From: Octopus sinensis
Lineage: Eukaryota
NCBI RefSeq assembly: GCF_006345805.1
Contig: NC_043012.1
Span: 29,078,001-29,142,000, forward strand
Reading direction: 5' to 3'
DNA length: 64,000 nucleotides
In this document: positions 1-11,884 of the stretch, piece by piece
Position numbering within the stretch: the stretch's first letter is position 1
Layout of the letters: every line of letters begins with the position of its first letter
Made by a program: the position numbers and the translations under genes
Notes under the pieces: generated by a model
Seen by the model: the letters and a program-made list of their open reading frames with translations, nothing else
Database searches by the model: none
What the model was told of the DNA's origin: nothing

Positions 1-5
1 CCACC

Positions 6-54
<49 letters not shown>

Positions 55-1546
55 TACTACTACTATTTTTAAAACCCTACAACTAATTTTAAGATCGTAT
101 TGAACTTTGATGACGTTAAAATTGCTATTACAATAATTACTGTTGACAAGCGAGCCATTTATGTCAGCTAGTGTGACACCATCAGTTTTCTGGGTGTTTT
201 TTTTCCAGAATAATGAAATGATTTTGGAGCAGTGGTAGAACTGATGCTAATGGTGATCGTGTTGCATGATGTTATGGTATTGCTGTCTTTAGTATGGTTA
301 GATGTGCGGTTGAAGCATTGCCCGGGACACGGAATCACTGACAAGGACTATTGGCTTACACCGCTTTTCTGACAATGATATTAAAAAAAATCAGCTCAAG
401 ATCTCTTAGACGAGATTAGTGATCCTTGTGTTTATGGCCGACTGTTTATGGTTACTGATCATCCAACTTCTTGCATCTAAGGCAGGTATCATTAACTTTC
501 ACCTGAGGTCGACTCAAACACTATGAGTGGAACTGTCGTTTGTGTTGTACTTGTAATTTAAAGGTCCAACTTGTCACACTGTATTACTATGATTCCATTT
601 AACAACTAAGTTAAAATTACAGCTGTCTGGAATATTCGACCATTCCTACATTAATTTAAGTAGTTGTTTGCTTCGTTGATCGAACAAGTAAATGGTCAAA
701 ATTCACAGAAGATCCATTGGCTTTTCAAGTGCATTAGCGAGGTAAGTGTAACTGGGAACTTGTATTGACCGAAATTTGATACAGGCTCAGGGTCCATGCT
801 GTCCTTATGCTGAGTATGAGTATTATAGCGTATTCATAAGAGCTCGAGTTTGGGAGAGAAGTCTAGTCAATTTTATTCAGGACAGTACTTTACTAGCACT
901 TTATTTTATTAATCCCCGGAAGAGGAAACGCAACCCCAATCCCTGCAATTTGAACACAAAAGACAAAAACTCAGAAAAGAAATTACGCAACGCTCTAAAC
1001 AACACTCTAATGAATATGTCATTGAACTTCCATAATTTTCTTTTTCAATTGTTATACGCTGAGGTTTATATTTTCGACTTCACCTTTACAAAATTGCTTC
1101 CACTTTATTTTATTTTCATTTTAGGGTGGTGTAAACTGATATGTTAGTGTATAACACAAGTTATGGTATCGCGATGTATATTGTACTCGATATAATTATT
1201 GTTTAATGTACCAGTTGTGGCCGGTAGTTGATGTTTAGTTTATAGTCATTCTTTATTGAAAAAATCTGATATATAAGGCATATCAGCCATTAACGCCTGA
1301 TCTTTTTATGACTGCGTTAACCAAAGAATTCCCATCTGGATAAGAGTTGAAGATTTTTCTGCTATTCGTGGCAGGTCGAACGACGCGCCAGGTCATCGTG
1401 GCTCCTTCGATTGCTTCAACATACCTGATTAATACATTATCTTAATGACTGTGTGGGTGGGGAATATTCGATAAAAGTGGTAGTGGAATTCGAACTTAGT
1501 GCGTAAATCGTCAGAACAAATACCGGAATGTATTGTTTGCAACACA

Positions 1547-1900
1547 TGTATATATGTATGCATGTATGTATGTATGTATGTATGTATGTATGTATGTATG
1601 TATGTATGTATGTATGTGTGTGTGTATGTTATGTATGTATGTATATATGCATGTATGCATGTATGCATGTATGTATGTATGCATGTATGTATGTGTGTAT
1701 GTATGTATATATATATATGCATGTATGTATGTATGCATGTATGTATGTATGTATGTATGTGTGTATGAATGTATGTATATATGAATGTATGTATGTATGT
1801 ATGAATGTATGTATATATGAATGTATGTATGTATGTATGCATGTATGTATGTATGTATGTATGTATGTATGTATGTATGTATGTATGTATGTATGTATAT
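1547..1900. repeat. (TATG)n compound microsatellite
   Basis: Direct reading of the sequence. Confidence 0.97.
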
Positions 1901-2313
1901 AGTATATAATGTGTGTACAGTTAGATGTGCAGGTGATCGATTTAGAGTTTAGAGCTTCACATGGATTACTATCATCCAGTTTGCTTCCATTGTAGTGGTT
2001 TGGCCACTACTGTACTAAGTAGTATTACTGGTTATGATATGCAGATCTAGTGTTGGAAAAATTATATTACACACAAATTTATATAACATGTTACCTACGT
2101 ACGTATCGCCGTTGTGGCCGTTTGGAACCTCTGCATTGAATGTTCCAAATGCGATTAGAAGCTGAACCATAATGGATTATCATGGGAGGATTTCAATAAA
2201 TTATGTCAGCGATCAAATGTCCCTAATAATCCGTTGTGGTTAAGTATGGACGAAATCATGCAAACGTTTGTTTACCATGATTTATCATTTTCACACACAC
2301 ACACACACACACG

Positions 2314-2366
<53 letters not shown>

Positions 2367-2543
2367 CGTCATATAAACGATAAATTTTGTCCTTTATATA
2401 CATTTCTGTGGATAGAAGTCGTAGTTGCTCGGCTATTTTTAGAAATGTTGCCATACCATTTTTCAGTATCTACCACACATACATACATACATACTATAAT
2501 ATATGTACACACATACATGTATATATATAGATATATATTATAT

Positions 2544-2596
<53 letters not shown>

Positions 2597-2628
2597 CTAA
2601 CTATATGATCTCTCTCTCTCACTTTATA

Positions 2629-2699
<71 letters not shown>

Positions 2700-2722
2700 A
2701 ATACTAGCTATATGCATCTGCA

Positions 2723-3380
2723 GGCATCACCTGAATTAGAGCTATGATTCTGATGAACCAACTGAGATGGTGTGGCCATATTTTTCGAATGGCAGATAAA
2801 CGCATGCCGAATCATCTATTGGTGTTAACCTAAAAAAAGGTTTAAGGACGGTAAAGGACTACTATGAAGTGATTTTGAACGGTTCCAGAAGATATAGAAA
2901 CCCTTGCTTCGGATCAAGTTGGATGGCGAACAAAGTTGTGGATTGGAGTGAAAGCATTTGAAAAGGCGAGGATAAGGCAAGTAAGACTCAAAAGAGATTT
3001 AAGGAAGAATGTAACGGTAAGGTGAATTACAATGACCTTTTTATGTGCATAGTCTGTGACCATGCCTATTTTTTGCTGGCCTCAAATCTCATCTGCGAAC
3101 GCATGGAAAACGAACCTCCACCAACTATTCTGCCTATATGTCTCTGCACACCTTTGAATGCAGTGTATGCCAGAAGATTTGCAAATGCAACGGAGGACAT
3201 TTTAAGATCCACAAAGAGCAGAAGTTATCTGCAGCTCTTGGTGGTCCAAATCGGAGGTGAAATCTATGTGGGTGTTTTTTCAGAACATTGGTTTAAAAAG
3301 CATCATCAGATGCCATGATGGTACAAGTTGTAGTTACAGGAGGTGGTCAATCTCTGCATAAGGAGTAGATAACCACCATA
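2723..3380 (+). mobile_element. RTE-clade LINE, 3' fragment with three degenerate C2H2 fingers
   Basis: QLRWCGHIFRMADKRMP at 2759, followed by CIVC..AGLKSHLRTH, CSVCQKIC..HFKIH and (C)NLCG..KKHH with stops and frameshifts. Confidence 0.7.
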
Positions 3381-3441
3381 GACAAATATATATATATATA
3401 TATACAAATATATATCAAGTATATAAATTATATGTATAGAC

Positions 3442-3478
<37 letters not shown>

Positions 3479-3743
3479 AATTAAGGACTGAACACGAAAA
3501 AGTGGACAGTCAACATGCTAGATATAGACGTCAAATCGCCATTCTCCACAAAAAGTCTATGTTCTCAGATCAAACTCAACACAAAACCAAAACAATAAAC
3601 AAGTGAAAAATATACGAAATAAATATTTACCCATGTACTAAATTCAGTTTCGGGTGTTATTTTCCGCAAGGAAAAGTGCAGCCATCATCAGCATGGTCCC
3701 ATATAAAATGTAATTACATTTTGGTAGATGGAAACTGATATGA

Positions 3744-3793
<50 letters not shown>

Positions 3794-4199
3794 TGTGTGA
3801 GTGTGTGTGTGTGCGTGTTTGCGTCTTGCAACCTTTTCAATAATCTTGACTATTGAAAAAGTTGCAAGACGGAACAAAAATTTTAGAAAAAGAAAAATAA
3901 GAAAAAAAGTGGAAATTTTACCGCTGAGTGTGTTACATTATAAAGTACAAAAAGAAACTGACTCACCCCAGACACAACAGAATATGCTTCAACACACGAC
4001 ATCATATAAAAATTCTTGCAAACCAAATCCCAAAGCGAAACATATATACACATATATACATATATGTATATATACATTTATATATATATACATATATATG
4101 TATGTATACATATACATGTGTATATATATACATATATACATATACTTATATACATATGTATACGTCTATATATATATACATACCTACATACATATACAT

Positions 4200-4246
<47 letters not shown>

Positions 4247-4830
4247 CCCATGCATTGTGGGTAGCGGATTTGTTCTTTGTGAAGAGTCGTTCTTCGACGG
4301 AGTGATATTTCTGTTTGGCCTATATAGTGAATTCCGCACAAGGGGAAATTCGATGCCCACAATAAAGACAGATACAGGTCAGTGAATACATAGAAAGATG
4401 TCCTAGGAACCTTGAGCCGAACTTCCTAATTTTCCCTTTCTATCAGTGTTCACAGAATACTTCAGTATAGCAAAGATTAAATAAAGAGGCAACTTTCATT
4501 AATAACTCAACTCATCCACAACTTAACATGAACACGCAACTTCATACAGGATCCTACTAACCTTACCAATAATATCACTAATTTCCATACATACCATACA
4601 CCATTCATATTCCAGTATTTATTTCTACCTTAATTGCATCACTTCCAGGACTGCTTACCTCCTTTGCATGTAATCTTTTCACTCAGGTACTATTAGACCC
4701 GATACTGCTTGGAAATCGGCGTTCATTCAAAGTCAGTGAACAACTTTTAACGATACCGGTATGATCTTGAATCTCTTTAATGATTTATAATAATGACTTT
4801 TATACCTCTTAATTACACCTCAATTCATCT
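4247..4830 (+). mobile_element. Penelope-like element 3' fragment (GIY-YIG) with inverted 5' piece
   Basis: Minus strand [28 protein letters not shown] (4250-4345). Plus strand [12 protein letters not shown]...FLIFPFYQC (4367 onward). Confidence 0.8.
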
Positions 4831-5007
4831 AATTGTATATATATATATATAATCTAATATATATAATATATATACATCTTTACGTTCATAAAAAAAACCT
4901 TTTTTTTATATGTGCATTTTTTATCTTTAATGTGCATTCTCTTTTCTTTCTTACTTTTCCCCTATATACATATATTAATATGATATAGATATATATAATA
5001 TATATAT

Positions 5008-5052
<45 letters not shown>

Positions 5053-5057
5053 TAGTG

Positions 5058-5300
5058 GTATTAACGTGCAAGCGCTGAGCAATCAACAAACAACGCAACC
5101 CTTACGTAGTTCTCAGGGAGATTCAGCATGACACAGAGTGTCACAAGGATGGCCCTTTTAAATACAGGTACTACTTATTTATGCCAGCTCAGTGGACTGG
5201 AGCAACGTGAAATAAAGTGTCTTGATCAAGGATATAACACGTCGTCGGGAAATAGACTCATGATCGTGAGCCAAATGCCCTAACTACTAGCCATGCACCT
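5058..5300 (-). mobile_element. tRNA-headed CORE-type SINE
   Basis: Decayed tRNA-like head, then a CORE-like tccttgatcaagacactttatttcacgttgctccagtccac block. Confidence 0.7.
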
Positions 5301-5449
5301 TCATATAATATACATACATACATACATATTATATATATGTATAAATAATATATATATATAGATTATATATATTATATATTATATATATATATATATATAT
5401 AGTATATATATCTATATATATATATATGTATATCATATGTATGTATATA

Positions 5450-5862
5450 TATAAGCATAGGAAGAAGGAACTGAACGAGATTTAACAAAATTCCTTTATT
5501 TTATTTTCAACCATGTTTCGAAGTCTGCAAAGTCCCTATTCCGATTGAATAAGGAGTCCATTATGCAGCTTTCTCTTCAGGAAAATCCAGGAACTAATTC
5601 TCCAACAAAAGGCACAGCAAGCTTTTCGCAACTGCTCACGAGGAGCCCAGAATTAATGGGCTCCTCGTGAGCAGTTGTCGAAAAGCTTGCTGTGCATTTT
5701 GTTGGAGAATTAAGTTCCTGGATTTCCTGAAGAGAAAGCTGCATAATGGACTCCTTATTTCAATCGGAATTAGGGAATTTGCAGACTTCGAAACATATGT
5801 CGAAAATAAAATAAAGGATTTTGTTAAATCTTCGTTCAGCTCCATTCTTTCCTATACTTTAT
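5450..5862. mobile_element. Fold-back (palindromic) Penelope-type end between (TA)n tracts
   Basis: Arms of ~200 bp (5450-5649 / 5657-5862) around a 7-nt loop. Each arm holds a hammerhead motif. Confidence 0.8.
5723..5805 (+). ncRNA. Type I hammerhead ribozyme motif
   Basis: tttc-CTGAAGA-(extended stem II)-GAAA-catatg-TC-gaaa. Core intact, stem III palindromic. Confidence 0.72.
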
Positions 5863-6009
5863 ATATATATATATATATATATCAACAATTGAGGGTAAAA
5901 TTAATTAATTAATCAATTTTAGCTAAGCCCTAATATATTAATTATAATATATATTATATATCTATAATATATATATATATAATATATATACGTATTTATA
6001 TATTGATAA

Positions 6010-6260
6010 AGAGGGACAACAAGAGTATAGATTAAGGAAACGATGAAATGAAGGACTGGAAAAAAATGAAATGAAGAAAAAATGAAGCAAAGTCCATAGT
6101 TCAGCTTTCATTTCTCTATTTTTCCCCAGTCCTTTATTTCATCGATTCCTTAATCTATACCCTTCACATTTTCTCTATTTGTCTCCTATGACGGAGGTGC
6201 CCATATTTGAGATATCCCAGAAACAGTTGTAAGAAATTTTTCTAATAATAACGTATATGA
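6010..6260 (+). mobile_element. Penelope-type 3' tail: internal hairpin plus decayed hammerhead
   Basis: Imperfect inverted repeat ~6028-6160. gtct-cctatga...gatatccc-a-GAAA-cagttg-TA at 6181-6234 resembles the 61667 motif. Confidence 0.55.
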
Positions 6261-6628
6261 CTCGAGATATTTGTTTCGCATTAGCATTTCTAGTCCTCTT
6301 TAACAAATATATATCCACTATATCGGAAATCTACACTGGTTTCATAACTGCCGTCTCGGCTATGAACATGGAACCCTGGTAATCCATTACAGCACTTACT
6401 CAGCGAACATAGTCGTTTAGACCACCTGTGAACTAAACCTCCATACTTTATATGTATATTTTTATATATATATAGATATATAATATATATATCTATATAT
6501 AATATAGGATATATATATATATATATTATCGAATGTATAATACATATAAATATACATATATATATAATGATATAAATATACATACATATATATATGATAT
6601 ATAAATATGTATAAATATAAACGATTAG

Positions 6629-6666
<38 letters not shown>

Positions 6667-6989
6667 ATGGCCATTGACTTGGTACTCTTATTCTATCTGT
6701 TACATATGTTTCCGTATTATGCAACTCATGCACATTATAGATGCAGCCCGAAGATGCACCCTATAGGGCCAGTATGGTAAGCATACACGTTTGAGAAGAA
6801 ATACGAAAAGTAAAACACCTAAATTTAATCACCCGGAGGTAGAAGACGCGAAGGGATGGCGAACGATAGATGGTTGTTTGCGACACCGACTCACATAACC
6901 GAAAAAAAGTGGGGTTGATGTTTGTAAGGATACGGATTAGTCTTCCTGCAGAAAATGGGGACGTGGGTTATATGTGGAAGAAATATTGT

Positions 6990-7480
6990 ATGGTTTACAT
7001 AATTATCTCATTTTCATTTCTAGAGGAGTATCTTAATAAGAGAAAAATTACCCCATTTCATCAGAATCCATTTTCTCTTCAACTCAAACTCACAGAAAAT
7101 TAGCTATTCAACAATTTTGCATCTATAACAAAATTAAGAATAATTTGAACTAGCCAATGAACAACATCCCGATGAAATGCTGTTACCATCTTGAAAAAGA
7201 ATATCCAGTCAACGGAAACTGCGTCGGAAAACGAATTATAAAAACATTTACTGTCATGTATAACATTAATCGAAACGGTATTGATTATATAGGGATGACG
7301 GCTAACCAACTTAAAAGACACGAGGAGTGCAAATAAGGCGGGATGCAAAACTAACGACATATCCCCCGGTTTTTTCAATAATGAAACAGAGCACCAGCTC
7401 ACAATCAATGACTTTCTGTTGTCTTTGTACTTTGCGAAGGCTATTAATCCCGAAACGCGGAAACAAAAATGGTATGTACA
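6990..7480 (+). mobile_element. Highly decayed Penelope-like fragment (thumb to GIY-YIG)
   Basis: KRKITPFHQNPFS, then YPVNGNC...DYIGMTANQLKR...KAGC...FCCLC, paralleling the EN domain at 26900-27300. Confidence 0.55.
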
Positions 7481-8429
7481 CACAGAATTACCTCTTCATG
7501 TCTTCACATGCGCATGTAGCTCCTTAGATATAATAATAACATTCCAACAGCAGTAATATGAGATCCTGATACAACATGATTTGCTCTTTTCATTCCTTTC
7601 TTTTCTTCAGTTTTCAATTAATATTTCGCGACCGAACTGGTAATGACGACAGAGTGGCCTCCCCTCTACAGAAACGCCCAAATAAATAAACACAGTAATT
7701 CAATAACTCAGACCATTTCTTCCCTCTATAAAAACTTGTTTTTAGAAACTTACAAAGGGAAAAACTCTTTTTTCTTTCCTTCTTTTTTTTAATAAATCCA
7801 CATATCGACTACCACCACATCCTTTCCACTCACACACAAGCGTACACATAACTTTAACTGATAGATACAAACAGGACTCAAAACTTACACATGCGCGGAG
7901 AAGCACTCGCAGATACACATACGTTTCAAACAGCAGGCACACAATCCCACACGCATTCACTAAACTTTTCAAACGTACACACACACACACACACACACAT
8001 ATACGTTCACAATTGCCGAAAACACAGAGGACGCATTTTTACTAATACAAAATCCAATGAATATACACGCAGTATAATTCCAACATACTTCACCTTATTA
8101 ACATGACGCCTTGGCTTCCATTCTCGTTATAAGAATCAACATTTACAGAGGGAAATGCGGATCCTGTCTCACTTTGCTTAAAGATAAATATAACGAAACG
8201 AATAATTTTCATGTGAAACATCCAACTCTTAATATATTATATATATTACTCTGAGAATTAGTACTAGAAATCTATTGTTTTATAGTTTTATTCACATACA
8301 CACACGCACACACACAGCACACTCGTACGCACGCACACACACATGCACACAGAAAGAAAGAAGACACACACACACACTCACAACACACACCACACACACA
8401 CACATATAATATATTTATATATATACTAT

Positions 8430-9766
8430 ATATATATATATATATATACATATGTGAAAAATAAGGATGAGAAACAAAAGATGGGTACCAATACGCATAT
8501 AGTAAAATATATTCCGTTATAAAAATATGTGCACAAAATCGTACAATAAAAATATACAGATATATAAATACATAAAAAAAACTTTAAAAGTATATAAATA
8601 TCGCGATAAAAATACACTAAGAATACATTAAGATTATACAAATATATAGTCCAGCTTACAATAAAAGCGATATTAAAAATATACAAATAGAATTGGTGGA
8701 GTAGAAAATCAGAATAGAATGTTATCAATCCATATGGAAGGTTATAAGTCCTTAAGGTCCGACGGCCGTTTCTGGGAGCATAGTGGTCCAAATGTATTAT
8801 AGATTTTAAAGTCCATTAATTCTTACCACCTCCGTGTTCAGGGAAGTTTCGAACTGATAAGTTTACATTTGTTATGCTGATGTAGTGCAATTCAAAGTTG
8901 ATAGACTTTATAAAGAGCTACACGTATTATTAAGGAGCTAGGGGCGCTTTTTAGAGAGTAGTAGGAGGAGAGAATATAATACTGTTATGACAAAGCTATT
9001 AATAATATTAGAGGTGGAGGGTTTACAGGAGAAGGTAAATTCAAAATTTTACAATTCAAATTTACTTAAAATAATAATTTATAGCAAAAATATGAAGAGA
9101 GTTTACCAAAGAGTTAAAGGTCGATAATACTGTGTCTATACAAGAGAAGAAAAAACTCTTAAAACCTTTTAACATTGAAGGATTATACATACGCAGAATA
9201 GTTAATGATTTTTTATCAGAGTTTACATTACGTGTATATGAATTGTAAGGGAGTGCTCCTGTTACTATTGACCAGGATAGTTTGTACTGGTATTATTTTT
9301 GCTTTGAGATTATGGATATGTGTAGCTAGTGCAGTAGAAAATTTGGTTTGGGGGTTAATAAAAGAATTAATATGTGTACGATATCTACGCTTAATGTCTA
9401 CTGTGCTCCCAATATACATTGCCTTGGGATTTTGGGATGTCATCACAGTGCATTTATATATCACTATATTGCATAAGCAAAAATCTTCAAGAGGGCATTA
9501 AATTGGATGTACGACAGTTACAGGATTTTTCGTTGTTTGATAGTCAGAGAATCTTCCTTGTGAGGCTAATTTAGGTTGACATATCACGGTAAACTTGGGT
9601 CTAAGTGGAGTTTATGACAGAATGGAATGAATAGTATGTTCGAACTGGTACCCACTATTTGGTAATTAGGGTTCGGGGATACTGCCATCATTTAGAATTT
9701 ACTTAGCTTAGGAGAGTTAATAGCTGTGGTACTGCTGTTGTTTGTCCGGATCTGATTAGGGTTCTA
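8430..9766 (-). mobile_element. Penelope-like element 3' half (GIY-YIG + tail + mutated hammerhead), running into the gap
   Basis: CNCR..CPLEDFCL..VIYKCTV...MYIGSTVDIKRRYRTHINSF...STALATHIHNLK. Hammerhead-like motif at 8758-8844. Confidence 0.8.
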
Positions 9767-9866
9767 NNNNNNNNNNNNNNNNNNNNNNNNNNNNNNNNNN
9801 NNNNNNNNNNNNNNNNNNNNNNNNNNNNNNNNNNNNNNNNNNNNNNNNNNNNNNNNNNNNNNNNNN
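9767..9866. other. Assembly gap (100 N)
   Basis: Run of exactly 100 N; true size unknown. Confidence 0.99.
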
Positions 9867-10005
9867 CACACCAACACGTATAACACACATATATAAAAAG
9901 AATGAGAGAATGAGAGAAAGAGACAGAAAGGAAGAGAGTGAAAGGGCGAGAAAAAGAAGAAGAGAGAGAGAGAGAACGAGAGAGTACTACGAGTATAATA
10001 CTTAC

Positions 10006-10161
10006 TGAAAAACAACAGACCAGTGTCGCGATGAAGAGCCAATGGGAGTAGATGTAGGAAAATATGAACATAAACAAACCAATGAGGGCCGTGGTTAATC
10101 CCGAGAAGATTATGAATTTGTAAGGAAAATCTTCGGAAGCTACTGCAGCCTGGAAAGAAAT
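10006..10161 (-). CDS. Candidate orphan exon encoding two hydrophobic helices (ISFQAAVASEDFPYKFIIFSGLTTALIGLFMFIFSYIYSHWLFIATLVCCFS)
   Basis: Bounded by tttgtgctattgcAG and GTAAGT. 156 nt, phase 0-0, open, non-repetitive. No partner exons established. Confidence 0.42.
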
Positions 10162-10307
10162 CTGCAATAGCACAAAAGACATTGAATAAGTATACATACA
10201 TATATATATATATGCATGTATATGTATATATATGTATATATATATATATATATATATCTATATATATATATATATCATATATATATATCTATATATATAT
10301 ATAATCT

Positions 10308-11001
10308 AAAATAGAAAAGAGTGAAAAAACTACAGAATGCTTGTTTTATAAGGTTAAAGAATATATTTAAGTCGTTATGTTAGAATATATTTAAGTCATA
10401 CAGTAATATAGTTTTTGAAGAAATTACCGGTTTCGTGTTAACTTTTCAAATTTCTCAAATGTCACGGGATTATCACTCAGACGTAGATGCACTCTGCATC
10501 GACAACAGATTGCATTCCCAGAATACAGAATGATACCCTTTAGTGAGCATATTGAGAAATGCGCAAAGCAACTACTACCACAATTTTTAATCTTTCCATT
10601 CTATCAATGTTCTATTGGAACACCAAAACAAATTAGATTAAACAAGGAAACATTCTTCATTGAAAAGTATAAGCCTAAACTTAACCATTCTAACATTCTC
10701 ATACAGAGAAACTCACCCCATTTAATAAGGGAAAAGAAACAAAGCGATTATCTCCCTTATACCGGAAGAAATCGCTTATTACCTCCCCCCTGCCTGGAAC
10801 TCTTCTTTGCACTGCATAACGAAGACATAACACGATGTAGGTAAAGACATTTGAGAAATTTGAAAAGTTAACACGAAACCGGTAATTTCTTCAAAAACTA
10901 TATTACTGTATGACTTAAATATATTCTAACATAACGACTTAAATATATTCTTTAACCTTATAAAACAAGCCTTCTGTAGTTTTTTCACTCTTTTCTATTT
11001 T
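10308..11001 (+). mobile_element. Penelope-like 3' fragment with 156-bp inverted terminal repeats, in (TA)n
   Basis: Arms 10308-10463 / 10846-11001, one mismatch seen. The spacer encodes the GIY-YIG C-half (SLRRRCTLHRQQI..PFSEHIEKC..FLIFPFYQC..KETFFIEKYKPKLN). Confidence 0.88.
10853..10891 (+). ncRNA. Minimal type I hammerhead with U3-A8 variant core (inverted copy at 10418-10456)
   Basis: gagaaat-TTGAAAA-gt(taac)ac-GAAA-ccgg-TA-atttctt: 7-bp stem I, palindromic stem III. Confidence 0.62.
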
Positions 11002-11273
11002 ATATATATCCAACCACGTGCTTTTACACACCAACTTTCTCACCTATATATATATATATATGTAATAAATCTCTGAACGAGGTATAAACAGTAACTGCAC
11101 GACAATGTGAAGTATATTTGCCATCTAAATATGGCTAACGACTAAGGGTGGATGTTACTGTACCTTGTAGCCCCAGGAGAACATATTCTCCAGCTGGCTA
11201 TTGACACACTTTCTGTGCCCTACCAGTATTTGCAAAGGGAGGTCATCCTTCCCTCGTCAACCTAAGTGATACC

Positions 11274-11334
<61 letters not shown>

Positions 11335-11343
11335 GTGTGTGTA

Positions 11344-11374
<31 letters not shown>

Positions 11375-11515
11375 GGCCGAGGTCGACTTTACCTTTCATC
11401 CTTTCGGGGTCGATAAATAGAGTACCAGTTTCGCACTGGGGTCGATGTAATCGACTTAATCATTTTATCTGTCCTTGTTTGTCCCCTCTACGTTTAGCCC
11501 CTTGTGGGCAGTAAA
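11375..11515 (+). mobile_element. SINE internal/3' fragment
   Basis: ggccgaggtcgactttacctttcatcctttcggggtcgataaa... resembles other SINE remnants in the window; flanked by microsatellites. Confidence 0.55.
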
Positions 11516-11516
11516 G

Positions 11517-11548
<32 letters not shown>

Positions 11549-11623
11549 TATATATATCGTTATATATATACTTCACATTGTCGTGCAGTTACTGTCTATA
11601 CCTCGTTCATAGATTTATTACAT

Positions 11624-11673
<50 letters not shown>

Positions 11674-11684
11674 TATATACATAG

Positions 11685-11722
<38 letters not shown>

Positions 11723-11850
11723 CTATATATATATATATATGTATATAATATATAATATATAGATATATATATTATTTATATTATTATATGATTGAATGTC
11801 ACGCATCCATTTCCAAGTAAGTTTATATCTACTACCACACACACACACAC

Positions 11851-11883
<33 letters not shown>

Positions 11884-11884
11884 C

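Noticed and set aside
776-1147. 123-aa plus-strand ORF
   Set aside because: TTG start, no domain similarity, AT-rich low-complexity tail.
1429-1902. Overlapping ORFs of YIHT/MYVC type here and at many other sites (3801-4385, 13037-13265, 28076-28444, 29665-29947)
   Set aside because: Translations of (TA)n, (CA)n, (TATG)n and (TATC)n microsatellites, not genes.
7100-7483. 127-aa minus-strand ORF that looked like a continuation of the orphan TM exon
   Set aside because: No AG acceptor at the needed position, and the plus strand carries decayed GIY-YIG motifs, so it is antisense to a TE.
1285-8180. Further minus-strand exon candidates (about 1285-1427, 2095-2161, 6400-6425, 8094-8180)
   Set aside because: Splice-like motifs exist, but phases do not chain, acceptors are weak and there is no recognisable homology.
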